Shown one piece after another: positions 49,468 to 57,686 of a stretch of 64,000 bases of DNA. The stretch's first letter is position 1. Each line of letters starts with the position of its first letter. This stretch comes from Patescibacteria group bacterium (lineage in GTDB: Bacteria; Patescibacteriota; Patescibacteriia; Magasanikbacterales; UBA922), in contig JBAZIZ010000002.1 in assembly GCA_041651535.1 (NCBI GenBank), positions 1,006 to 65,005 on the forward strand. Direction: 5' to 3'. Position numbers and translations under genes: made by a program. Below the pieces are notes generated by a model. It was not told where the DNA came from and did no database searches. It saw nothing but the letters and a program-made list of their open reading frames with translations.

Positions 49468-49845
49468 TTAAATTAAAATTTTTTTTACTTTATCAACTAT
49501 CTCGCTTGGTTTAAAATGAGATTTGATCACATAATCACTTGCACCTTTAACTAAGCCTTTTTTTACATCTTCTTTTTGTCCCAAATTAGTATGTAAAATT
49601 ACTGGAATATCTTTTAAAATTGAATTTTGTTTTAATTTTTCTAACATGGTCAATCCGTCTGTTTTTGGCATTAAAATATCTAATAAGATTATATCTGGTT
49701 TTTTTCTCTGGGCCACTAATAAACCTTCTTCTCCATCTCCAGCAGTATAAACCTTAAATTTTTCCATTTCAAATTTAGTCTTATAAATATTGACCAAAAA
49801 CTCATCATCATCTACTATCAGTATACTATATTTCTTTTTAAACAT
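49468..49845 (-). CDS. Stand-alone response-regulator receiver domain (CheY/PilH-like).
   Basis: ILIVDDDEF...ILLDILMPKTDG... carries the conserved acidic pocket and the phospho-acceptor Asp, with no output domain. Confidence 0.75.
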   Translation of the reverse strand: MFKKKYSILIVDDDEFLVNIYKTKFEMEKFKVYTAGDGEEGLLVAQRKKPDIILLDILMPKTDGLTMLEKLKQNSILKDIPVILHTNLGQKEDVKKGLVKGASDYVIKSHFKPSEIVDKVKKILI

Positions 49846-49904
49846 AACTGTTTTTATAATATAATTATAACAAAAATCATCAATTATTGAAACCCAGCTG
49901 TGGA

Positions 49905-51065
49905 TTATTTAAAATTTTTTAAAGCTAAACCAATAGAAACAGCCATGCGTGGTCCAATAGTATCCAAAGTATTTTTTAAACCATTTTGATAAATAACTCT
50001 AGCCCATGGATCACCAATAAAAACATTCAAAGAAAATTGTGTTTTTAAATATTTTTCAATTGGAGGAAAAAATGAACTGCCACCAGTTAAAATTATTTTT
50101 TCTGGTTTTTTACCAGCATTGCCCGTTTGTTTAAAATACAAATCAAAACTATATTGAATTTCTTTGGCTAAAGGATCTAAAACACTTAAAAATATATCAT
50201 CTGTTAAATCTGTTTGCCAATTTGAAGATAAATCTTTTTTAATTTGAACAACTTGTTCTTTATCTAAAGATAATTTTTTCATTAATATTTCATCAATATC
50301 ATCGCCACCAATTTGTAAACTACGGTTAGTCATCGGAATACCTTTATCAACTATCAGTAAATCAGTATTTTCTGCTCCGATATCTACAACCATTACAACT
50401 GAAGAATCATAACCAACCAAAGAACGTGAAATGGCAAAAGCTTCAGTTTCTAAATCAATAAGTTCCAAGCCAGCTTTTTTAAAAATTAAAGTATAAAAAG
50501 CTATCAAAGATTTTGGGGCTGCAGTTACTAAAAGAGAAATAAATTTATTATCCTTGTTTTCACCATTTATTTTTTGATAAATTACTTGCATTTCTTCAAT
50601 CGGACGAGAAATCATTTTTGCAATTTCGGCATTAACTATACCTTGAATTTCTTTTTCTTCAACTATTGGTAAATTTATAACAGTATGAAAAACTTGAGAA
50701 ACTGGCAAACTTGAAGTCGCAATCTTTGAATTTACTTTGGCAGTGGTAACCAATTCTTTTAAATATTTGGCATATTTTTCAACTCTTTTATCTTGCAATA
50801 CAAAATCATTGTAATTTTGAGTAGCAACTACGTCTTGTTTTTCATAAAAATCTGAATATTTTTTTTCAGCCATTTTTAAAATGTCAATCGCCTCTTTTTC
50901 TTTTTCAATAGAAATATGGACATCTAATTTTTTATCTAAAATAGCATAAGTCCAGAGTTGTGGACGATTTTTTGTTTTTTTAATTTCAACTAATTTAATT
51001 CCATTTGAGCCAATATCTACACCCAAATAAGATTCAACTTTATTTTTAAATAATGACATAAACAC
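49905..51065 (-). CDS. pilM: Type IV pilus assembly protein PilM (actin-like ATPase fold).
   Basis: The N-terminal LGVDIGSNGIKLVEI and the overall actin-like layout are typical of PilM. Confidence 0.75.
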   Translation of the reverse strand: MFMSLFKNKVESYLGVDIGSNGIKLVEIKKTKNRPQLWTYAILDKKLDVHISIEKEKEAIDILKMAEKKYSDFYEKQDVVATQNYNDFVLQDKRVEKYAKYLKELVTTAKVNSKIATSSLPVSQVFHTVINLPIVEEKEIQGIVNAEIAKMISRPIEEMQVIYQKINGENKDNKFISLLVTAAPKSLIAFYTLIFKKAGLELIDLETEAFAISRSLVGYDSSVVMVVDIGAENTDLLIVDKGIPMTNRSLQIGGDDIDEILMKKLSLDKEQVVQIKKDLSSNWQTDLTDDIFLSVLDPLAKEIQYSFDLYFKQTGNAGKKPEKIILTGGSSFFPPIEKYLKTQFSLNVFIGDPWARVIYQNGLKNTLDTIGPRMAVSIGLALKNFK

Positions 51066-51103
51066 TATTGTTATTTTATGTATATATTATAACACAAAAC
51101 ATA

Positions 51104-51286
51104 GTCAAAAGTCTAAAGTCAAAAGCTACCACGCCCACCATCGCAAGCTCAGGCGTTGCAGGCGGGAAAGTCATGTTTTTAAGAAAATTATATATTTAAA
51201 CTAAGTTTCTTAGAACAAATAAAGTTTTATTTTAATTTTTTTTAGTAAAAGACTTTTGACACATTCGACTTTCGACATTTGACTTC
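51104..51286. repeat. Inverted-repeat element with GTCAAAAG-type arms enclosing a GC-rich core (MITE-like).
   Basis: The left arm agtcaaaagtctaaagtcaaaag (51104-51126) is the reverse complement of the family seen in the right arm gacttttgacacattcgactttcgacatttgacttc (51251-51286). The core 51127-51172 is about 65% GC in a ~25% GC genome. Confidence 0.45.
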
Positions 51287-51317
51287 TAGTTTGCCTACTT
51301 ATTTATCAAATTACCCC

Positions 51318-52226
51318 TTAATTATTTATCTGTGGAGTCCTAATCTTATACCCACTTTCTCCTATTTCCAAAATAATATCTCCCACAAAATCCGTCCGCC
51401 AAACATTAGAGTTGATTCTTTCTAATCTTTTTAAAATTCTTCGTGATGGATGTCCAAAATTATTATTTTTTCCAACCGAAACAATTGTTTCTTGTGGTTT
51501 AACTGCATTTAAAAATTCTTGCCCAGATGAAGTATCCGAACCATGATGACCAGCTTTCAAAATATCTGATTTTAATTGATTATCTTTATAAACAGACACT
51601 AAATAATTTTCTATATCAACTTCCATATCTCCGGTAAACAAAACTGTCGTACTATTAAAATCCAAACCAAAAATAATAGAAGTGTTATTTAAATTTGAAT
51701 TTTCTTCTTTTGAATCAAAATTTAAATTATGTTCAGGATAAAAAAAATTTACAGTTGAACTACCAAAATTCCAAGTTTGATTTTGATCAATATTGATTAA
51801 ATTTATATTTTTATTATTAACAGCAGTCAAAAAACTTTGCCAAATTTTATCGGTTTCAATTTTTAAACCATTATAAATTACATTTTTTACTTCAAATCTA
51901 TTTATCACTTCTTCACAGCCACCATAATGGTCACTATGTTCATGAGTAATCAAAAGATAATCAATTGTTTTATCATAATAATCCATGTTTCTTCCCAAAG
52001 CTTCCAAAATACGAGCATCTTCCGAACAATCTACTAAAATTTTTTCTCCATTATTTAAATTTAACAAAATTCCATCACCTTGCCCGACATCCATAAAAAT
52101 TATTTCTATTTTTTTAGCAATATTTTCATTGTCTAACAAAGAATTGGTATTTTTTCTAAGAAAAAATAAAAAAATAAACGAAATCAACAATAAAATTATA
52201 ATCAAATATTCAATTTTTTTAAGCAT
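51318..52226 (-). CDS. MBL-fold metallo-hydrolase with an N-terminal TM helix (the ComEC C-terminal-domain homologue, here a separate gene).
   Basis: The metal-binding motif HEHSDH appears in YLLITHEHSDHYGG. The gene overlaps the ComEC stop codon by 8 nt in a different frame. Confidence 0.75.
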   Translation of the reverse strand: MLKKIEYLIIILLLISFIFLFFLRKNTNSLLDNENIAKKIEIIFMDVGQGDGILLNLNNGEKILVDCSEDARILEALGRNMDYYDKTIDYLLITHEHSDHYGGCEEVINRFEVKNVIYNGLKIETDKIWQSFLTAVNNKNINLINIDQNQTWNFGSSTVNFFYPEHNLNFDSKEENSNLNNTSIIFGLDFNSTTVLFTGDMEVDIENYLVSVYKDNQLKSDILKAGHHGSDTSSGQEFLNAVKPQETIVSVGKNNNFGHPSRRILKRLERINSNVWRTDFVGDIILEIGESGYKIRTPQINN

Positions 52227-53712
52227 ATTTTTTATTTTTTGACATTAAATAAAATAAAATTAGATAACTTATCACTAAACAATACAAATTGAAATGAAAT
52301 TCTACTGACGCAAAATTCAATTCTGAAAAAAAACTTACAATTTTTATAATATATTCCATACCAGCATACGCAAACCAAGCAAAAATATCCGCCAAAGGAT
52401 AAAAAATAAAAGAAAAAAATACTGAAATAAAACCCAAAAACATTATCCAAGGCAAAATCCACAAAATTAAAATATTAACAAATGGGGCGACTATTGATAA
52501 ACGACCAAATTGGAACAAAATAATTGGTAACGTAATAATAATTGCGGATAAAGTTGAAACTAAATTTTCCTGTAAACAAAATTTCTCTGGAACTTTTATA
52601 AAATATTTATTTAAAACTGGACTTAAATAAATAAGTCCGATAGTTGCTAAAAAAGATAATTGAAAACCAGCATCCCAAACTAAAATATAAGGATTAAAAA
52701 CATTCATAATTAATGCTGTCAAAATTAGAATATTAGCAACTTGTGATTTTCTACCGATTTGTTTAGCAAACAAAACAATAATTCCCATAATACCAGCTCT
52801 CACAACTGAAGCAGAAGCCCCGGCAAAAATAACAAAAATAATTACACCTAAAACAACAAAATAAAAAGATTTTTTTCGTGGAATACTAAAATACAAGAAA
52901 AAATTTAATAAAATATTAGAAATTAAACTTATATTATAACCAGAAATAGCCACGATATGAGTTACACCAGTTTGGCTAAATTTATCATTTAAAGTACCTA
53001 GCCCACCCCGATAACCATACAAAAGTCCGGCCATAAAACTAGCGTCTGGTTCGTGCCATAATTTATTTATTTTTTGAGCAATTATATTTTTAGATTGAAA
53101 AATATTTTGTAAAAAAATATTTCCTTTATTTTCAGAAATTTTTTTTATATTATTTGCCTGACAAATAGAAAAAACTCCATAACGAGCTAGATATTTATCA
53201 TAACGAAAATTTTCTACTGGTTCTGGAGTTTTTAATTTACAATTTAAAAGTAATTCATCACCATAATTATAACGCGGGTACAAACCTGTTTTTAAATAAA
53301 TTTTTCCTTGAATTTCTTTATTATTTTCTATTTCTTTTACTCGCAAAATATAGCGAACTCCATCAAGTCTCACGTCTGGTTCTGAATCAATAACAGCTTT
53401 AATTTCTTGTTCTTCTTTTTTTTCATTATAAAAAACAATATTTAAATTATTCTTTATAGGTAAAGAAAATTCATAACGAATAAAAGATAAACAGATGCAA
53501 AATAAAGAAATAAAAACAAAAAAAATTATTTTATCTTTACAAAAAATAATTCCTAGACACAAAAAGACAATTGAAAATAAAAACAAATAAAAAATAGTAA
53601 AAAAACAATCAAAAATAGAAATAAAAAAAATTCCAATTAAAAAACAAAAGCAAAATGAAAAAAACATTCTGCTTTTAGAATTTAAAAAATTTTTTATCCC
53701 CTCCTTTAACAT
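52219..53712 (-). CDS. comEC: Competence protein ComEC/Rec2 DNA-uptake channel (N-terminal domain plus competence domain).
   Basis: A polytopic membrane protein with the ComEC competence-domain region (GVTHIVAISGYNISL...GASASVVRAG). Confidence 0.8.
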   Translation of the reverse strand: MLKEGIKNFLNSKSRMFFSFCFCFLIGIFFISIFDCFFTIFYLFLFSIVFLCLGIIFCKDKIIFFVFISLFCICLSFIRYEFSLPIKNNLNIVFYNEKKEEQEIKAVIDSEPDVRLDGVRYILRVKEIENNKEIQGKIYLKTGLYPRYNYGDELLLNCKLKTPEPVENFRYDKYLARYGVFSICQANNIKKISENKGNIFLQNIFQSKNIIAQKINKLWHEPDASFMAGLLYGYRGGLGTLNDKFSQTGVTHIVAISGYNISLISNILLNFFLYFSIPRKKSFYFVVLGVIIFVIFAGASASVVRAGIMGIIVLFAKQIGRKSQVANILILTALIMNVFNPYILVWDAGFQLSFLATIGLIYLSPVLNKYFIKVPEKFCLQENLVSTLSAIIITLPIILFQFGRLSIVAPFVNILILWILPWIMFLGFISVFFSFIFYPLADIFAWFAYAGMEYIIKIVSFFSELNFASVEFHFNLYCLVISYLILFYLMSKNKKYA

Positions 53713-53715
53713 ATT

Positions 53716-56700
53716 TTAGACAACTATACTAAGTAATTTATCTTTAATATAAATTATTTTTTTAATTTCTTTGCCTTCTATCCATTTTTTTACATTTTCG
53801 TCTGCAAGTGCTTTTTTTTCTATTTCTGATTCATTAGCATCAGAATTTATTTCAATATTTGTCCTTACTTTTCCATTTATTTGAATAGCGATTAAAATTT
53901 TATTTTCAATTATTTTAGTCGGATCAAAAAGTGGCCAATTTTCAAAACTTAAAGTGTTTTTATGACCAAGCTTTTGCCATAATTCTTCTGTTAAATGTGG
54001 GGCTAATGGTGATAACATTAAAATAAATAATTCAAAATTTTTTTCAGAAATTTTTTCTTGTTTTTGTAAAAAATTAGATAATTCCATCATTTTGGCAATT
54101 GCTGTATTAAATTGCATTTTTTCTAAATCTTCACCAACTTTTTTTAAAGTTTTATGTATTATTTTGTCAGTTTCTTCACTGCTAAATTTTTTAGAAATTT
54201 TTTCTTGTAAATTCCAGACTTTTTCCAAAAATCTTTTTACACCTTTGACTCCATTTGTATCCCAAGGTTTATCAGCTTCAAGAGGACCCATAAACATTTC
54301 ATAAACACGCAAAGTGTCAGCTCCATATTCATTTACTACATCAGTTGGATTGATAACATTTCCCCATCTTTTACTCATTTTTCGGCTATCTGGACCCAAA
54401 ATTAAACCTTGATGACGATTTACTTTAAAAGGTTCATCAAAATCTATATAACCAGCGTCAAATAAGACTTTAGTAAAAAATCTAGCATAAAGCAAATGGC
54501 CATTTACATGTTCTGGACCACCGAGATAAAAATCAACTGGCATCCATTTTTTTAACATTTCACTACTGGCAAATTCTTTATCATTATGAGGATCCAAATA
54601 ACGATAATAATACCAAGATGAACACATAAAAGTGTCTAAAGTGTCCGGTTCTCTTTTCCAACCATTTCCATATTTCTTTTCAATACCCTCGTTAAACGAT
54701 TTTGAATAATTTAATGGTGATTGCCCTGTTGGTTTAAAATCTACATCATCAGGCAAAATAACTGGTAAATCTTTTTCTGGAATTGGTTTAATTCCTAAAA
54801 GTAAACATTCTTCTAAAATACTTGGTTCTTCAAAAGCACAAAAATGTTCTGTTGTTGGATTAGTAATCACAATTCTCGCATCTAAAACATTTCTTAGATA
54901 TTCCAAATCTTTTCTAAAAATCACGCTTGGATTTTTTTCTCCTAAAATAACAAAATCATCACACTTATTTTTTACTAATTCAAAATCAAATTTAAAACTA
55001 TCACTAGTATCAACTGCTGATCTTTCTCGATCAACGAATTCTGGAAACACAACTGGATCAACCAAAACAACTTTAGCAACTTTTTTATTTATTTTTTCTA
55101 AAAGTCTATAAGTCACTGGACCACCTAAACTGTGAGCAACTATAATTGTATTTTCATCACAATTAAAATTATTTAAAATATAATTTGTTTGTTCAATAAC
55201 ATTTGGTTTATCAGTATTTGGTAAATCAAAAGTTGTAACATTATGACCTCGATTTTCTAATTCTTGTTTAAGCCATTTTCTAAAATTTCCTAAGCCAGTT
55301 GAAGAAAAACCATGAATAAATAAATAATTATATTTTTTTGTTTTTAATTCTTCATTGATAAGCATTGGAATTGGTGCTCCCCAAAATCTTTGACGAGAAA
55401 CTGACCAATCACGAAGTTTGTATTGAATTTTTCTCTTACCCAAACCTTTTTCTTCTAAAAATTCAATGATTTTCTCTTGGGCTTCTTTAATATCTAAATC
55501 ATTTAAAAAATCAGAATTTATCAAAACACCGTCACCTGCAAAACAATAGTTATTTTTTTCTAAATCTTTTAATGAATCAACAACATTGTCTACATTTACA
55601 AATTTTTTGCCTTCTTCTAAACTTAACCAAAGTGGTTGATGTATCTTCAATTCTTCTTCAACTATTTTTTCTCTTTCTTCATTAATTAATTCAAACAAAA
55701 GTGGAGTAAAAATAAGTTTTCGATTATCATCTTTAACTGGATGATAAAAATTTACTCGTTTAGAAGCTCCAATCTGTCTAATAAATTTTACATTTTTATA
55801 ACCTGATTCTTCTAAAATTTCTCTTTTACCAGCTTCTTCTAAAGTTTCATTTTCTTCTATTCCACCAGTAACCACCGCGTTCCAATTAACATTAACATAT
55901 TTTAAAAATAAATATTTATCCGTTTTTTTATCATAAACATGACATTCAACTGCTTGTCTATGTGTCCATTTTTTTCCTTTTTTTGGAGGATCTGATTCGC
56001 TAACACGAAATGGCGCGATAACTTGTTTTATTTTTAAATCAAATTTTTTAGCAAAATCAAAATCTCTTTCATCATGGGCTGGCACTGCCATGATAGCTCC
56101 AGTTCCATATCCAGCCAAAACATAATCAGCTGTAAAAATTGGAATTTCTTCATTATTTACTGGATTGATTGCTTTTATCCCTTTGATTTCAACTCCAGTT
56201 TTTTCTTTTTCAATTTGACGATCAAGTTCTGTTTTTAATTTTGTTTTTTCTATATATTTTTCTACTTCCTGCCAATTTTCTATTTTTTTTCTTAAATTTT
56301 GTAATATTTTACTTTCTGGAGCCAAAACCATAAAAGTCACACCAAAAAGTGTATCTGGTCGAGTAGTAAAAACTGTAATTTTTTCAGTACTACCCGAAAT
56401 TTTAAAATCAACTTCCGCACCTTCTGATCTACCAATCCAATCTTTTTGTCTTTTTTTTGTTTCTTCTGGCCAGTCTAAATTATCTAATCCTTGCAAAAGT
56501 TTGTCAGCATAATCAGTAATTTTTAAATACCATTGTTCCATTTCTTTTTGGACAACTTCTGTTTCACATCTTTCACATTTTCCTTCAACCACTTGTTCAT
56601 TAGCTAAGACAGTTTTACAACCTTCACACCAATTTACTGCTTGTTTTTTTCTATAAGCTAAACCTCGTTTATACATTAACAAAAAAAACCATTCAGTCCA

Positions 56701-57108
56701 TTTATAATAATTAGAATTATGAGCACCAACTTCTCTATCCCAATCAACTGAAATTCCTAAAGATTTTATTTGTGATCTAAAATTATCAATCGCTTTGTCA
56801 GTGCTAATTCGTGGATGAATATTTGTTTTTATAGCATAATTTTCCGCTGGTAAACCAAAAGAATCCCAACCAATAACCTGTAAAACTTTTTTTTCTTTCA
56901 TTCTTTGGTAGCGGGCAAAGATATCACAAGCTGTATAAACTTCAGCGTGCCCAACATGAAGACCGCTTCCTGATGGATAAGGAAGTTGTGGTAAAATATA
57001 AAATTTATTATATATAGAAACTTTTTTTGGAGTTTCAAAAGTTTTATTTTTTTCCCAATATTCTTGCCATTTTTTTTCTATTTTTTGAGGATTATACTTG
57101 TTTTCCAT
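53716..57108 (-). CDS. leuS: Leucyl-tRNA synthetase carrying two inserted domains. A Nudix hydrolase domain is inserted in the C-terminal part of the CP1/editing region, and an RBBP9/YdeN-type alpha/beta serine hydrolase domain is inserted after the APIPM motif.
   Basis: Class I motifs HVGHAEV (HIGH) and KMSKR (KMSKS) are present, along with the editing-domain motifs TRPDT and AVPAHDERDFDFAKKF and RDWSVSRQRFWGAPIPM. Between IKQVIAP and CFAGDGVLINSDF lies a Nudix box (GGIEENETLEEAGKREILEESG), roughly aa 367-515, DNA 55564-56010. Between APIPM and IPEKDLPVILPDDVD lies a GxSxG hydrolase domain (YLFIHGFSSTGLGNFRKW...IVAHSLGG...D...H), roughly aa 583-772, DNA 54793-55362. The 1130-aa length exceeds the normal 800-880 aa. 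Confidence 0.9.
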   Translation of the reverse strand: MENKYNPQKIEKKWQEYWEKNKTFETPKKVSIYNKFYILPQLPYPSGSGLHVGHAEVYTACDIFARYQRMKEKKVLQVIGWDSFGLPAENYAIKTNIHPRISTDKAIDNFRSQIKSLGISVDWDREVGAHNSNYYKWTEWFFLLMYKRGLAYRKKQAVNWCEGCKTVLANEQVVEGKCERCETEVVQKEMEQWYLKITDYADKLLQGLDNLDWPEETKKRQKDWIGRSEGAEVDFKISGSTEKITVFTTRPDTLFGVTFMVLAPESKILQNLRKKIENWQEVEKYIEKTKLKTELDRQIEKEKTGVEIKGIKAINPVNNEEIPIFTADYVLAGYGTGAIMAVPAHDERDFDFAKKFDLKIKQVIAPFRVSESDPPKKGKKWTHRQAVECHVYDKKTDKYLFLKYVNVNWNAVVTGGIEENETLEEAGKREILEESGYKNVKFIRQIGASKRVNFYHPVKDDNRKLIFTPLLFELINEEREKIVEEELKIHQPLWLSLEEGKKFVNVDNVVDSLKDLEKNNYCFAGDGVLINSDFLNDLDIKEAQEKIIEFLEEKGLGKRKIQYKLRDWSVSRQRFWGAPIPMLINEELKTKKYNYLFIHGFSSTGLGNFRKWLKQELENRGHNVTTFDLPNTDKPNVIEQTNYILNNFNCDENTIIVAHSLGGPVTYRLLEKINKKVAKVVLVDPVVFPEFVDRERSAVDTSDSFKFDFELVKNKCDDFVILGEKNPSVIFRKDLEYLRNVLDARIVITNPTTEHFCAFEEPSILEECLLLGIKPIPEKDLPVILPDDVDFKPTGQSPLNYSKSFNEGIEKKYGNGWKREPDTLDTFMCSSWYYYRYLDPHNDKEFASSEMLKKWMPVDFYLGGPEHVNGHLLYARFFTKVLFDAGYIDFDEPFKVNRHQGLILGPDSRKMSKRWGNVINPTDVVNEYGADTLRVYEMFMGPLEADKPWDTNGVKGVKRFLEKVWNLQEKISKKFSSEETDKIIHKTLKKVGEDLEKMQFNTAIAKMMELSNFLQKQEKISEKNFELFILMLSPLAPHLTEELWQKLGHKNTLSFENWPLFDPTKIIENKILIAIQINGKVRTNIEINSDANESEIEKKALADENVKKWIEGKEIKKIIYIKDKLLSIVV

Positions 57109-57182
57109 ATTTTTTTATTTTTTGATAACTGTTTTATATTATAGCTTTTTTAGAGAAAAAATCAAGCTAAACTTTTTACTAC

Positions 57183-57218
57183 AAAAAAAGACTGGGAAAA
57201 CTAATTTCAGTCTTTTTT
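57183..57218. terminator. Bidirectional hairpin terminator between leuS and the Nudix gene.
   Basis: A 6-bp stem (agactg / cagtct) with a 13-nt loop is preceded by A7 and followed by T6. Confidence 0.5.
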
Positions 57219-57228
57219 AAATTATATC

Positions 57229-57681
57229 TTATCTAAAATACATTTTAGCACATTCTAACAAACCAGAAACAAAAAGTTTATCTAAATTATTTTTTATAGT
57301 TTCAAAAGAAAGCCAAAGAAAATCAGCGTGTTCTTCACTTATTTCAACTTCTCCTGAAGTTATTTCAGCTTCAAATAATAAATAAAAATAACGAACATTT
57401 TTTTGATAAGTACGCGAATAATCTTCATGCCGTCCAAAACCGACTGGACGATCAGATAAAATTTTATATTGACAATTTTCACCAATTTCTTCGGCAACTT
57501 CTCTTTTTAAAATTTCTAAAATATCTGTATCATACTCATCAATTTCTATTCTACCACCAGGAAAATCATAAAAACCATTAAATTTACTTCTGTCTTCAAC
57601 TTTTAAAATCAAAAATTCGTTTTTTTTATTTTTTAATAAAAGTTTTAGAGAAATTTGATAATAATCATGATTTCTAGACAT
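57229..57681 (-). CDS. Stand-alone Nudix hydrolase.
   Basis: The Nudix box is GGRIEIDEYDTDILEILKREVAEEIG, i.e. G-x5-E-x7-REVxEExG. Confidence 0.8.
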   Translation of the reverse strand: MSRNHDYYQISLKLLLKNKKNEFLILKVEDRSKFNGFYDFPGGRIEIDEYDTDILEILKREVAEEIGENCQYKILSDRPVGFGRHEDYSRTYQKNVRYFYLLFEAEITSGEVEISEEHADFLWLSFETIKNNLDKLFVSGLLECAKMYFR

Positions 57682-57686
57682 AAATT

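Noticed and set aside
52219-52226. Possible frameshift that splits a fused ComEC-MBL gene.
   Set aside because: The downstream ORF has its own Met and its own N-terminal TM helix, so a natural split is plausible. I kept it only as a caveat in the findings, not as a pseudogene call.
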